A DNA stretch of 64,000 bases from an uncultured bacterium (lineage in GTDB: Bacteria; Patescibacteriota; Minisyncoccia; Phycocordibacterales; PALSA-1337). Positions 1 through 9,169 of this stretch are shown here, in pieces; the first letter of the stretch is position 1; each line of letters opens with the position of its first letter. Both the position numbers and the translations under genes were made by a program. The stretch lies in contig CAWKMY010000003.1 in assembly GCA_963851055.1 (NCBI GenBank), forward strand, positions 28,261 to 92,260, written 5' to 3'. The notes under the pieces are model-generated. The model had not been told where the DNA came from. It was given only the letters and a program-made list of their open reading frames with translations, and searched no databases.

Positions 1-597
1 CTCTTTCACCCAAATCTCAAGGGCTTCGATAACACGCTTTGAGACTTTTTTGATCTCTTTGAGCTCGTCCGGCTTAAAGTCGCCCAGAATAAACTTTTCT
101 ATCTTATCGTCGCCATGTGGAATCTTAGCAACGCCTTTAGCCGTAGCGGGAGCAGTGCCGACGCGTATTCTGGGAAAAGCTTCAGTCTTAACAGCCTTGA
201 TGACCGACTCCAGACCGTTATGGCCGCCGGAACTTTTATTATAAGAGATCTTGGCCCGGCCGATAGGCAATTGGAAATCGTCATAAATAACGATTAGGTC
301 GTCCGCCGTCTTCAACTTTAGCTTGGCATTATTCTTTACCTTCACCAATAGCCCGACTGCTTTGCCGGACTTGTTCATAAAAGTATCCGGCGCTACCAAT
401 ATCACTTTTTCTTTGCCGATCTTGATTTCAGAAACTTGGGCATTGAGCTTCTTGTCATATTCAAATACGCTTTTACCATTCTCCGTGCTTGCGCCGAATT
501 CTTTGGCAATTGCCTCCAAGACTATACGCCCACTATTGTGGCGAGTATTCTCGTATTCTTCTCCTGGATTACCAAGGCCGACGATGATGTAATTCAT
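1..597 (-). CDS. pth: Peptidyl-tRNA hydrolase (3' end runs off the window)
   Basis: Reverse-strand ATG at 597-595 translates to MNYIIVGLGNPGEEYENTRHNSGRIVLEAIAKEFG..., the canonical Pth N-terminal signature. The frame stays open to base 1, which explains its absence from the supplied ORF track. Confidence 0.85.
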   Translation of the reverse strand, partial: MNYIIVGLGNPGEEYENTRHNSGRIVLEAIAKEFGASTENGKSVFEYDKKLNAQVSEIKIGKEKVILVAPDTFMNKSGKAVGLLVKVKNNAKLKLKTADDLIVIYDDFQLPIGRAKISYNKSSGGHNGLESVIKAVKTEAFPRIRVGTAPATAKGVAKIPHGDDKIEKFILGDFKPDELKEIKKVSKRVIEALEIWVKE

Positions 598-938
598 TTT
601 AATATTTCAATAGACCTCTTGATAGCTACAAATCCGTAAGCCCATAGGAATGGCAACCACAACGGCATCATACCGAACAAGCTATTTCTTTGGAAAGTCT
701 CGACGCCGGTGGAAACGAAGAAATACTCGCAGATTATCATTATGATGAAACCGAAGAAAAAGACCTTGGTCTCATTCTTTTCTCGCTTGATCATGAAAGC
801 GAACGCTATGACTATCACATATGCTAGAGTTAGAACTATATCATTGGAAATAAGCGGAATGAGCACGATCATTATGGCCACAGGCAATGCGTTCAAAAGG
901 ATGTGATATGTTTTTATGACGCTAGTTGCCTTTATCAT
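594..938 (-). CDS. Small integral membrane protein, unknown family
   Basis: 114-aa ORF that is almost entirely hydrophobic, with 3-4 likely TM helices (e.g. LNALPVAIMIVLIPLI, VFFFGFIIMIICEYFFV). Its 3' end overlaps the pth start by 4 nt, suggesting an operon. Confidence 0.5.
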   Translation of the reverse strand: MIKATSVIKTYHILLNALPVAIMIVLIPLISNDIVLTLAYVIVIAFAFMIKREKNETKVFFFGFIIMIICEYFFVSTGVETFQRNSLFGMMPLWLPFLWAYGFVAIKRSIEILK

Positions 939-1021
939 TTTGGCGGATTATCGATAGAATCAGTATAAAACAGATAAAACTCTTGTGTCAAACGCATCTT
1001 GGTAGTAGAATACCAGACACC

Positions 1022-1651
1022 ATGAACCCTGACGCGCAAGCCAACACCGTAGGGAAACGCGAAAATCCTGCGCCGAAGAATAATTCCGCTTGGCATGCCG
1101 TGCGAGAATGGGTACAGGTCATCGTCATAGCTCTCGTCATCGCCATTCCCGTCCGATGGTTCATAGCCGAGCCTTTCATCGTGAACGGCGCTTCCATGGA
1201 CCCGACTTTCGCCACTGACCAATTCCTCATAGTAGATCGCCTGACCTATGATTTTAGCCAGCCGAAACGCGGCGATGTCATCGTCTTTCAATATCCTGAT
1301 TCAGGCCCGGGCACTGACATGCCGACCACCTACTATATAAAGCGTATCATCGTCCTTCCTGGCGAAACATTTTCGATCACTGACGGAAAAGTCTTCGTGG
1401 TGGATGCCGCTAACCCAAAAGGATTTACGGTGAGCGATTCTTTCGTCTCCAGTGACCATGCATCCTACGATGATATGGCCACGACCACTATGGACGCCAC
1501 GCATTACTTCGTCATGGGCGATAACCGTTCCCAGAGCTCCGATTCGCGCGCATGGGGTCCTCTAGACCGGCACTTCATCATAGGCCGCCCAATCCTAAGG
1601 CTGTTGCCGTTAGATACGATATCCGTATTGCCGGGAGAGGAGCAATTATAA
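1022..1651 (+). CDS. lepB: Signal peptidase I
   Basis: Carries the Ser box GASMDPTF, KRGDVIVF, the Lys box YIKRII and GDNRSQSSDSRAWGP, plus an N-terminal TM segment. I chose ATG 1022 over the track's TTG at 926. Confidence 0.85.
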   Translation: MNPDAQANTVGKRENPAPKNNSAWHAVREWVQVIVIALVIAIPVRWFIAEPFIVNGASMDPTFATDQFLIVDRLTYDFSQPKRGDVIVFQYPDSGPGTDMPTTYYIKRIIVLPGETFSITDGKVFVVDAANPKGFTVSDSFVSSDHASYDDMATTTMDATHYFVMGDNRSQSSDSRAWGPLDRHFIIGRPILRLLPLDTISVLPGEEQL

Positions 1652-1668
1652 TTCCAAAATTATATTTC

Positions 1669-2904
1669 ATGAAAAAGAAAAACAAGAAAAAGTCTGACGG
1701 AAAATTCATCGCTTATGATCATCTGGATAAGATCGGCGAGACTGCCGTCTACTACGGCTTCCATCCGACCAAGAGTCCGACCATAGACAAGAGCGACCTC
1801 GAAGCAGCCAAAGGCATAATGGAGGGAGATTTCGTGGATGATGAGATGGGTAAGCGTGGCCGTCTGCCATTGCATGCCGAAGAGAAGATATCTCTGATCC
1901 GGACTTATCATGAAGCGGGATGGCACAATGAATCACAACCGATCATGCTATATTTCAAAGATCCATATCGCGGATCATTGAAGAAGAGCGGCTATCATCG
2001 TTACGCCGACCTGGAGATACTCGGGGCTTCCGGTCCTATAGCCGAAGCTACACTCATCCAAGCCGCCAGAGCGATGTTAGCCGAAGAAGGTTACGCCGAG
2101 ACAGCCGTCGAGATCAATTCCCTCGGTGATCGCGATTCCATAGCTCGTTTTGCCAGAGAATTAACGGCGTATTATCGCAAGAATATAAATGAGATGACTC
2201 CGGAGGCTCGACAGCTTTTCAAGAGAGATATCTTCGACTTGCTGTCATCGCACGACGAATCGGTGAGAGAATTGAACGGCAAAGCGCCGCGCTCGATGGA
2301 CTTTCTGACCGAGACTAGCCGACGGCACTTGGAAGAGGTCCTGGAATATTGCGAAACTTTAAATATCCCTTACACCATCAATAACAGTCTGATAGGCAAC
2401 CGCAAATACTGCAGCGAGACCATCTTTGCCGTGGTGGACACCGGCGCCGGTCGGAAAGACCAGCGAATATTGGCCATAGGCGTGCGCTACAACGGCCTAG
2501 CTCGCAGGCTGGGCATGAAGCGCGACATTCAGGGCCTCGGCATGTCTCTCCTCATCAAAGGCAACGGCCCAAATCTCCGCAAACCTATTTCCAAGATGAA
2601 GCGTCCGATCGCCTCGTTCATGCAACTAGGAATGGAGTCGAAACTTGTCTCTCTGGACGTCATCGAACGCCTCCGTCAAGTCAAGATACCTTTGTATCTC
2701 TCTCTGGCCAAAGACCGCCTCGGTGCTCAAGTCTCCGCCAATGAAAAGCACCATACTCCTTACTCTATCGTCATGGGCAAGAAGGAGGCTGTTGAGAAGA
2801 CGGCCATCGTGCGTCGCACCGATACTCATGCCCAGGATATAGTCCCTCTCGACCAGTTGGCTAAATATATGAAGAAAGCGGAGACGGATTGGTGGGAGAA
2901 GTAG
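1669..2904 (+). CDS. Class II aaRS HisRS/HisZ-like protein with degenerate catalytic motifs
   Basis: Has a HisRS-like core (GYHRYADLEILGASGPIAEATLI; GVRYNGLARRLG resembling GGRYDGL) and a HisRS-type C-terminal anticodon-binding domain (SIVMGKKEAVEKTAIVRRTDTHAQDIVPLDQL). The expected RPE.T and R.ERPQ.GR.REF.Q motifs are not conserved. Start moved to ATG 1669, because the track start at 1552 overlaps lepB. Confidence 0.6.
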   Translation: MKKKNKKKSDGKFIAYDHLDKIGETAVYYGFHPTKSPTIDKSDLEAAKGIMEGDFVDDEMGKRGRLPLHAEEKISLIRTYHEAGWHNESQPIMLYFKDPYRGSLKKSGYHRYADLEILGASGPIAEATLIQAARAMLAEEGYAETAVEINSLGDRDSIARFARELTAYYRKNINEMTPEARQLFKRDIFDLLSSHDESVRELNGKAPRSMDFLTETSRRHLEEVLEYCETLNIPYTINNSLIGNRKYCSETIFAVVDTGAGRKDQRILAIGVRYNGLARRLGMKRDIQGLGMSLLIKGNGPNLRKPISKMKRPIASFMQLGMESKLVSLDVIERLRQVKIPLYLSLAKDRLGAQVSANEKHHTPYSIVMGKKEAVEKTAIVRRTDTHAQDIVPLDQLAKYMKKAETDWWEK

Positions 2905-2945
2905 TATTTGCACCTATAGCGAACCTGTGTTATCCTAGTCGAACA

Positions 2946-3194
2946 ATGATAAACGTAGAAATCACCCGCAACACAGGCGAGAATGCCATCAGCATGCTTC
3001 GCCGCTTCTCCAGGAAAGTCCAGTCTTCCGGCGTCATCGGCCGCAAGCGTTCTATCCGCTATTCAGGCCGCACCCAGTCTCCATACAAGGTAAAGCAAAA
3101 AGCCATGAAAGCTATCAAGCGCAGGTCTGATCTGGCAGAACTCGTCAAGCAAGGCAAGGCTCCGGTCAAACCGGAACGCGGTAGCCGCAAGTAA
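2946..3194 (+). CDS. rpsU: 30S ribosomal protein bS21
   Basis: An 82-aa basic protein, MINVEITRNTGENAISMLRRFSRKVQSSGVIGRKRSIRY...KQKAMKAIKRR, typical of S21. Internal ATG at 2946 chosen. Confidence 0.8.
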   Translation: MINVEITRNTGENAISMLRRFSRKVQSSGVIGRKRSIRYSGRTQSPYKVKQKAMKAIKRRSDLAELVKQGKAPVKPERGSRK

Positions 3195-3206
3195 GGACAC
3201 TGATCG

Positions 3207-3590
3207 ATGTTCAGAAACTTCAGGATAATTAATGAGACACGTGGCGCTTTGCCACGTTTTTCATTTGAGGAGATGAAAGACACTGTTCTCGGCAAGCGTT
3301 ACGACCTGACTCTGATCGTCACCGATTCAAAGCGTATCAAGAAGCTTAATACCATATATCGTGGCAAAGAAAATCCAACGGATATTCTAAGTTTTCCAAT
3401 ATCTGATAACGAAGGCGAGATATACATGTGTCCGGCCGAGGCCAAGAAAGAGGCGAGGAAGTTCAACCGATCTTACGATAATTTCTTCGCATACCTTTTC
3501 ATACACGGTTGTACACATTTGAAAGGATACGACCATGGGGGTATAATGGATAGCGTAGAAGCTAAAATACGAAGCAAATTCGGGATTTAA
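3207..3590 (+). CDS. ybeY: rRNA maturation endoribonuclease YbeY
   Basis: Zinc-binding H-x3-H-x5-H motif HGCTHLKGYDH near the C-terminus. The 127-aa size is typical. Confidence 0.85.
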   Translation: MFRNFRIINETRGALPRFSFEEMKDTVLGKRYDLTLIVTDSKRIKKLNTIYRGKENPTDILSFPISDNEGEIYMCPAEAKKEARKFNRSYDNFFAYLFIHGCTHLKGYDHGGIMDSVEAKIRSKFGI

Positions 3591-3644
3591 GAGATAAGAA
3601 TCAACCTTCTCTACTCTTATCTCATATCTCATAATTCCTATCTC

Positions 3645-4826
3645 ATGTCTCGAAACATCATCACCGGAATAGACATCGGCACATATCATGTCAAAGTCGT
3701 TATTGCAGACGCCAAAGAAAAGAATGAGAAGGGTTTACCCAAAGTCATCAGCGCCGGCATGGCAGACTCTCACGGATTGCGACACGGCTATGTGACAAAT
3801 GTAGAAGACGTGGCCCAAAGCATCCGCAGAGCTATTTCTATAGCCGAGGAGAAAGCCGGGGTCAAAGTCAAGAAAGCATTCGTGGGAGTCGGTGGCATCG
3901 GGCTTTCCGGTATAGCCGTCACTAGCTCCATCATGACTTCGCGTGCCGACGCGGAGATCACTTCCGTGGATCTCGCCAAGCTTCACGAGCAGTGCGAGAA
4001 AGACATTCCCCGCTCGGGTATAGCCAACCGCCGGATCATTTACAGCATCCCTCTCCAATACACTATCGACGGAATAGCGTCCTTGGGCAATCCGGAGGGT
4101 CTTTCCGGCAACAAGATCGAGCTTTCCACTCTATTTATAACTTGTCTGGACCACCACGTCGCCAACCTGATTCAGGCAGTGAATGAAGCGGGCGTTCAGG
4201 TGGAAGACGTCATGGCTGCTCCCGTAGTGGCCGGTTTCGTCACACTTTCCAAATCTCAAAAAATAGCCGGTTGCGTCTTGGCCAATATCGGCGCCGAGAC
4301 GGTCTCCATCGCCGTTTTTGAAAATAATATACCGACTTCATTGGAAGTCTTCCCTATCGGTTCTACCGACATAACCAACGATATCGCTCTCGGCCTCAAG
4401 GTGCCGTTGGAAGAGGCCGAGCAGATAAAGATCGGTGCTATCACAGGCTCATCTTATCCGCGCAAGAAGCTCGAGGAAATAATATCCGCCAGAGTTTCCG
4501 ATATATTCGATCTCATCGAAGCTCATTTGAAAAAGATCGGCAGAAATGGTCTATTGCCAGCCGGTATCGTCATCACCGGCGGAGGCTCTGGCATGCACTC
4601 GCTAGAGGATATGGCTCGGCTGGCCCTACGTTTGCCGTCGCGTATAGGTACGATCAATGATAATGGCAATAAAACCTCTTTCAAAGACGGCACTTGGGCA
4701 GTGGCTTACGGTCTATGTATTTGGGGTCTCCATACCGACGAAGGAACCGAAATAGACGGCTCCAGTAAGGTATGGAAGAGCGCTTGGAAAGCAGCTGTAC
4801 GATGGGTTAGGCAATTTTTGCCATAA
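3645..4826 (+). CDS. ftsA: Cell division protein FtsA
   Basis: Actin/ASKHA phosphate-1 motif ITGIDIGTYHVKVVIA and VITGGGSGM. Lies immediately upstream of the ftsZ neighbourhood. Confidence 0.85.
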   Translation: MSRNIITGIDIGTYHVKVVIADAKEKNEKGLPKVISAGMADSHGLRHGYVTNVEDVAQSIRRAISIAEEKAGVKVKKAFVGVGGIGLSGIAVTSSIMTSRADAEITSVDLAKLHEQCEKDIPRSGIANRRIIYSIPLQYTIDGIASLGNPEGLSGNKIELSTLFITCLDHHVANLIQAVNEAGVQVEDVMAAPVVAGFVTLSKSQKIAGCVLANIGAETVSIAVFENNIPTSLEVFPIGSTDITNDIALGLKVPLEEAEQIKIGAITGSSYPRKKLEEIISARVSDIFDLIEAHLKKIGRNGLLPAGIVITGGGSGMHSLEDMARLALRLPSRIGTINDNGNKTSFKDGTWAVAYGLCIWGLHTDEGTEIDGSSKVWKSAWKAAVRWVRQFLP

Positions 4827-4838
4827 TATAATCGGGAC

Positions 4839-5393
4839 ATGGTATTACCTGGACATTTGGCGGCAGGATATCTGGCAACGCGCGCTCTGCTGGCGATTTT
4901 TCATCCTGGATTCAGCTCAACGGAAATAGATGCACTTCTCATCATTGGAACACTGGCAGGAGAATTGCCGGATATAGATCTAGCCAAATTATATTTTGAT
5001 CATAAGCTCAAGCGGCCAAATCGTACCAACGATCATCGTGTCTACATAACTCACGCGCCACTCTTCTGGTTGATCATAAGCATTACCGTGGCTTTAGTCG
5101 GATTTCTAGTCAGCTCTATTTTCGTAGAATGGATAGGTTGGCTCATCTGGGCTGGCTCATGGACGCACCTCGCCATCGATTCTATAGAATATGGAGTAAT
5201 GTGGGCGTGGCCATTCTCAAAAAAACTTTTTGCTTTAAAAAAAGAAGTGCCTGTTGAAACTATAGATGCCAGACCCGGCTCGCCAAAATATCATTTCAAG
5301 TATATAAAAGAGGTATATCTCAAAACTGTCTCATTCTGGGCGGAGATCATCATTACACTGGCCGCGTTGTGGCTTCTTTTAACGGCGCTTTAA
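4839..5393 (+). CDS. Membrane-bound metal-dependent hydrolase-like protein (YdjM/DUF457-like)
   Basis: 184 aa with several TM segments. The N-terminal MVLPGHLAAGYLATRALL and the conserved H/D residues (WTHLAIDS) resemble the YdjM family. Assignment is from memory of the family pattern only. Confidence 0.4.
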   Translation: MVLPGHLAAGYLATRALLAIFHPGFSSTEIDALLIIGTLAGELPDIDLAKLYFDHKLKRPNRTNDHRVYITHAPLFWLIISITVALVGFLVSSIFVEWIGWLIWAGSWTHLAIDSIEYGVMWAWPFSKKLFALKKEVPVETIDARPGSPKYHFKYIKEVYLKTVSFWAEIIITLAALWLLLTAL

Positions 5394-5455
5394 TCTATTG
5401 GAGAGGTGGATTCCGCATTCTTGCGCCTTACGCCTCATATGTTAAGATAATCCGC

Positions 5456-6673
5456 ATGCCTCACATAACTCCTGATATCGAGACGTTTGCCCGCATCAAA
5501 GTCCTAGGCGTAGGTGGTTCAGGGCGTAATGCCGTTAACCACATGATCAATGCCAAGGTTAAAGGGGTTGATTTTATCGTCGTCAATACAGATGCCCAAG
5601 ATCTCCATGGATCACTTGCAAAGAAAAAAATACATATAGGCAAGAATATAACTCGCGGGCTTGGTACTGGTATGAACCCTGATCTCGGCCGCCGCGCAGC
5701 CGAAGAAACCCGCGATGAGATTCAGGAAGCTATCAAGGGTGCAGACATGGTCTTCGTCACTTGCGGTGAAGGCGGAGGTACTGGTTCGGGCGCGTCACCT
5801 ATGGTCGCTCGCGTAGCCAAGGAGCTCGGATGTCTCACTGTTGCCGTCGTCACCAAGCCTTTCTTCTTCGAAGGCCGCCAGCGTTCGCGCATTGCTGATA
5901 CCGCTCTGGAAGAACTTCGCAAAGAAGTCGACGCCATCATCGTCATACCTAACGATCGCCTTCTCTCATCTGTCAGCAAAGACACTACCGTCAAGAATGC
6001 ATTTGCCATGTGCGATGAGATATTGCGCCACGCTGTCGAAGGTATATCCGACCTCATCACTACTCCAGGACTCATCAACATAGACTTTGCCGACATCCGC
6101 ACAGTCATGGAGAATGCCGGATCAGCACTCATGGGCATAGGCTCAGCTACAGGCGAGAATCGCGCTATAGAGGCTGCCAAGGCCGCTATAAATAGCCCTC
6201 TTCTCGATGTTTCTATCACGGGAGCCAAGGGTGTACTCTTCTCCATTGCTGGTGGCGAGGACCTAACGATGTTCGAAATCCAAGATGCCGCCAAAGTCAT
6301 CACCGAATCTATCGACCCAGAAGCCAAGATAATCTTCGGTACAGTCCGCGACGACAAGCTCAAAAAGAACGAGGTCCGCGTCACTGTCATTGCTACAGGA
6401 TTTCCGGAACATGTAATGAATGCCAGGGCGGCGGGCTCTATGGTTTCCGCATCAGCGACAGAGGCTTCATCTAGCCCATTCGCCAAGGCTTCTGAGAAGC
6501 CGGTAAAGGAGCGCGGCAAGATATTCAATACTTTGACTGATAGGAATAAAGAGATACCTGTCGTAGAAAAAACTTCACCAGCCACAGCAGCCAAGAAAGA
6601 GGCTCCGAAAGTTGATGACGATGATGATTGGGGTGCAGTGCCGGCGTTCTTGCGAAGATCGAGGTTGAAGTAG
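5456..6673 (+). CDS. ftsZ: Cell division GTPase FtsZ
   Basis: IKVLGVGGSGRNAVNHM and the tubulin signature GGGTGSGASP, plus NTDAQDL and a C-terminal DDDDDWGAVPAFLRR peptide. ATG 5456 chosen, because the track start at 5369 overlaps the previous gene. Confidence 0.95.
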   Translation: MPHITPDIETFARIKVLGVGGSGRNAVNHMINAKVKGVDFIVVNTDAQDLHGSLAKKKIHIGKNITRGLGTGMNPDLGRRAAEETRDEIQEAIKGADMVFVTCGEGGGTGSGASPMVARVAKELGCLTVAVVTKPFFFEGRQRSRIADTALEELRKEVDAIIVIPNDRLLSSVSKDTTVKNAFAMCDEILRHAVEGISDLITTPGLINIDFADIRTVMENAGSALMGIGSATGENRAIEAAKAAINSPLLDVSITGAKGVLFSIAGGEDLTMFEIQDAAKVITESIDPEAKIIFGTVRDDKLKKNEVRVTVIATGFPEHVMNARAAGSMVSASATEASSSPFAKASEKPVKERGKIFNTLTDRNKEIPVVEKTSPATAAKKEAPKVDDDDDWGAVPAFLRRSRLK

Positions 6674-6853
6674 CGGCGGGCCCGCAAATAAAAAAGTGTT
6701 GCCAGTGGTATCCAATCTTCTTTTATCAGATTTTCTGCTTGACATAGTGTGTTTTGATAATGTGGTCTAGTTTGTCGAAGCACGGCTTCAATCCTAAACC
6801 TTTTAAAACACAATTCTGTATTTTTGTATATAAAAAATTCTAGGGAAACAGAG

Positions 6854-6883
6854 AAACGCCGCAGACCTGTGTCAGCGGCGTTT
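6854..6883 (+). terminator. Hairpin downstream of ftsZ (possible terminator)
   Basis: Perfect 9-bp inverted repeat aaacgccgc/gcggcgttt with a 12-nt loop, followed by acgattt. The U tract is weak. Confidence 0.4.
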
Positions 6884-6971
6884 ACGATTTCACTCAAAGA
6901 GCGCTCGTATAAATCTCCATTGCCTTTCGGCGAGCATACATTAAGCCGCATGCGGGGGCTTTGAACTGACT

Positions 6972-7715
6972 TCAGGCGGCAACTTCTTGTGCCGGTGCGG
7001 GCTCCTGCTCAACTTGTGGCGCCGGAATCATCTCCCACTCATGTGCCAGTGCTTCAGAGACAGCGTTGCGAAATTTACCAACCAAGGCAGCAATTTCGTT
7101 GCCGTAGTCTTCACGGCATTGCCGCTCGTTGACGACTTGACCTCCCTCGACTTTCGGCGAAACCTCAGCACGGACGAGTCGCCATATGTCGGCCGCAAGT
7201 TGCACAGCATTCACTGTGCAGGCGTTGACCAGCGACCACGGCTTTTCGTCTGGACTTAATGGATTCCAGGTGATCCTGGCCTTCTGGTCAGCATCGAAGG
7301 AGGTGTAACCATCCTTGGCGATTGCTTCGCCGATTTTAAGAATGGCATTCCCAATACGGCCGCCATTATCACGGGCCTGCCTGCGACACGATCCCAGAGG
7401 CGCCATAACCGGCCACACTTCGCTCGCTTGGCTAAGGAGATTTTCTACCTCCCGCCGCTGGCTTTGAGATGGTGCCGGATTTATATCGGTAGCCGCATCA
7501 ATGGTTGTCCGGATAAACGAAGGCACCTTGTCGCTTGAAAGTGCATTTAAGCACCAGCCGGCTGCCATGATGTGACCGATCGCTGCTTCAGGGCGAACTG
7601 CTCGTGGCCCAGGGCAGGATTTCCACGGTGAAACAATACGTAACTGACTGTTTTGGCGTTCATTGCAATGGAGTGCACTGTTCTGACTTGCGCCAGTGAA
7701 CATTCTCATGTTCAT
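6972..7715 (-). CDS. Hypothetical protein (visibly GC-richer orphan)
   Basis: 247-aa ORF with protein-like composition and no motif I recognise. Flanked by long non-coding spacers on both sides, with a GC-rich hairpin (gccgcatgcggg) just past its stop. Confidence 0.5.
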   Translation of the reverse strand: MNMRMFTGASQNSALHCNERQNSQLRIVSPWKSCPGPRAVRPEAAIGHIMAAGWCLNALSSDKVPSFIRTTIDAATDINPAPSQSQRREVENLLSQASEVWPVMAPLGSCRRQARDNGGRIGNAILKIGEAIAKDGYTSFDADQKARITWNPLSPDEKPWSLVNACTVNAVQLAADIWRLVRAEVSPKVEGGQVVNERQCREDYGNEIAALVGKFRNAVSEALAHEWEMIPAPQVEQEPAPAQEVAA

Positions 7716-7961
7716 CGGTAGTGCTACCGTTGTCTTTGGGATAATCCCCTTTAAGCTCAGACAACTCGCTACTACTCGACCTCGAGATAGCTTACTGCAT
7801 GCCTTTGTAGATTGTTAAATGAAAGACATGCAAAAAGCTATCCCGAACAGTGCTATTTATTTCAACGTTCTAAACTGCTACCATTATAGCACCATTTATA
7901 CCCATTTGTCAATACCACCGTAAATGGCTTCCCTCTTGGGTATTTGTTACACTATACCCCT

Positions 7962-8885
7962 ATGAAAACCTACGACCTAGCTATCATCGGCGGAGGACCG
8001 GCAGGGGCGGCGGCAGCCGTCTATGCGGCTCGCAAACGCCTTAAAACCGTATTTATAACCAAGGACTGGCTCGGCCAGAGCAATGTGTCTGAGAAGATAG
8101 AGAATTGGGTCGGAACCGTGGCCATATCCGGATTGGAACTGTCTCAAATATTGGAGAAGCATGCCAAGGCTTATGGCAAAGATATCATCGACTTCAAGGA
8201 TGGAGAAGGCTGTACAAAAGTCTCAAAGACTAAAGGTGGATTTTCGATAAGCACCGATAAAGGCTCTTATGAGGCTCGTTCTGTCCTCGTCACGTCAGGA
8301 AGCCGCAGACGCAAGCTAGATGTACCAGGTGCAGAAAAATTCGAGCACAAGGGACTGACATATTGCGCTACTTGCGATGGCCCGCTCTACTCCGATCAGG
8401 ATGTGGCTGTAATCGGCGGAGGCAATGCAGGTTTCGAGAGCGCGGCCCAGCTTCTTGCATACTGCAAGAGCGTCACATTGCTATCAAGAAGTGATTTCAA
8501 GGCTGATCCGGGAACAGTCGACGCTGTGACGAAAAACCCGAAAGCGCGCGTGGTAAAGTTCGCCGTGCCGAAAGAAGTTAAAGGCGATAAGTTCGTTACT
8601 TCCCTAGTCTATACAGATACAAAGGCCGGCAAAGATATAGAGATGGCTGTTACCGGAATATTCGCAGAAGTCGGTTCTATTCCAAATACCGATTTTCTTA
8701 AGGACGTAATAAAGCTAGACAAATTCGACCGCGTAGAAGTCGATGCCCGAAATCAACGCGCATCAGTAGATGGAATCTGGGCCGCAGGAGACGTTACGGA
8801 CGGCCTGTATCATCAGAACAATATAGCCGCAGGAGATGCGGTAAAGGCAGTAGAAGATATCTATATCTGGCTACAGAAGAAATAA
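7962..8885 (+). CDS. trxB: Thioredoxin-disulfide reductase
   Basis: FAD motif DLAIIGGGPAGAAAAVYAARK, redox-active CATCDG and NADPH motif VAVIGGGNAGFESA. Confidence 0.9.
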   Translation: MKTYDLAIIGGGPAGAAAAVYAARKRLKTVFITKDWLGQSNVSEKIENWVGTVAISGLELSQILEKHAKAYGKDIIDFKDGEGCTKVSKTKGGFSISTDKGSYEARSVLVTSGSRRRKLDVPGAEKFEHKGLTYCATCDGPLYSDQDVAVIGGGNAGFESAAQLLAYCKSVTLLSRSDFKADPGTVDAVTKNPKARVVKFAVPKEVKGDKFVTSLVYTDTKAGKDIEMAVTGIFAEVGSIPNTDFLKDVIKLDKFDRVEVDARNQRASVDGIWAAGDVTDGLYHQNNIAAGDAVKAVEDIYIWLQKK

Positions 8886-8895
8886 GTCTCAATCT

Positions 8896-8985
8896 TGGCG
8901 GAGAGGGGGAGATTCGAACTCCCGAGGAGCTTGCGCCCCTGCCACTTTTCGAAAGTGGTGCATTCGACCACTCTGCCACCTCTCC
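8896..8985 (-). tRNA. tRNA-Ser (anticodon CGA), CCA encoded
   Basis: Manual cloverleaf: acceptor GGAGAGG/CCTCTCC, anticodon arm CCACT-TTCGAAA-AGTGG, long variable arm, T arm GGGAG-TTCGAAT-CTCCC, 3' GCCA. Confidence 0.9.
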
Positions 8986-9095
8986 TTATTTACATTCAGA
9001 CCCTTCCCTTTCCGGCAATGTATTTCTGATGCCGAATGACATACACCTTAACATCTTTTGCTGATTTTTCAAAAAAATGATACTGTGAATCGCAC

Positions 9096-9167
9096 GGCCC
9101 TATCGTCTAACGGTCAGGACACGGCCTTTTCAAGGCTGTAATCGGGGTTCGATTCCCCGTAGGGCTA
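9096..9167 (+). tRNA. tRNA-Glu (anticodon UUC)
   Basis: GGCCCTATCGTCTAACGGTCAGGAC..., anticodon loop TTTTCAA, T arm GGGGTTCGATTCCCC. Acceptor pairs with a G1-U72 wobble. Confidence 0.85.
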
Positions 9168-9169
9168 CA

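Noticed and set aside
1552-1668. Upstream extension of the HisRS-like ORF (track start 1552)
   Set aside because: The extension overlaps the 3' end of lepB by 100 nt and translates to Pro/Arg-rich junk. An ATG with a Lys-rich N-terminus at 1669 follows the lepB stop.
6739-6763. TTGACA...TAATGT promoter-like pair downstream of ftsZ
   Set aside because: The spacer is only about 13 nt, too short for a sigma70-type promoter, and no downstream plus-strand gene or RNA signal follows.
5722-6951. 409-aa minus-strand ORF, the longest unexplained ORF in the track
   Set aside because: It lies almost entirely antisense to ftsZ, which has unmistakable tubulin-family motifs. Its composition is Ser/Ala/Arg-rich, typical of a shadow frame, and there is no independent signal.
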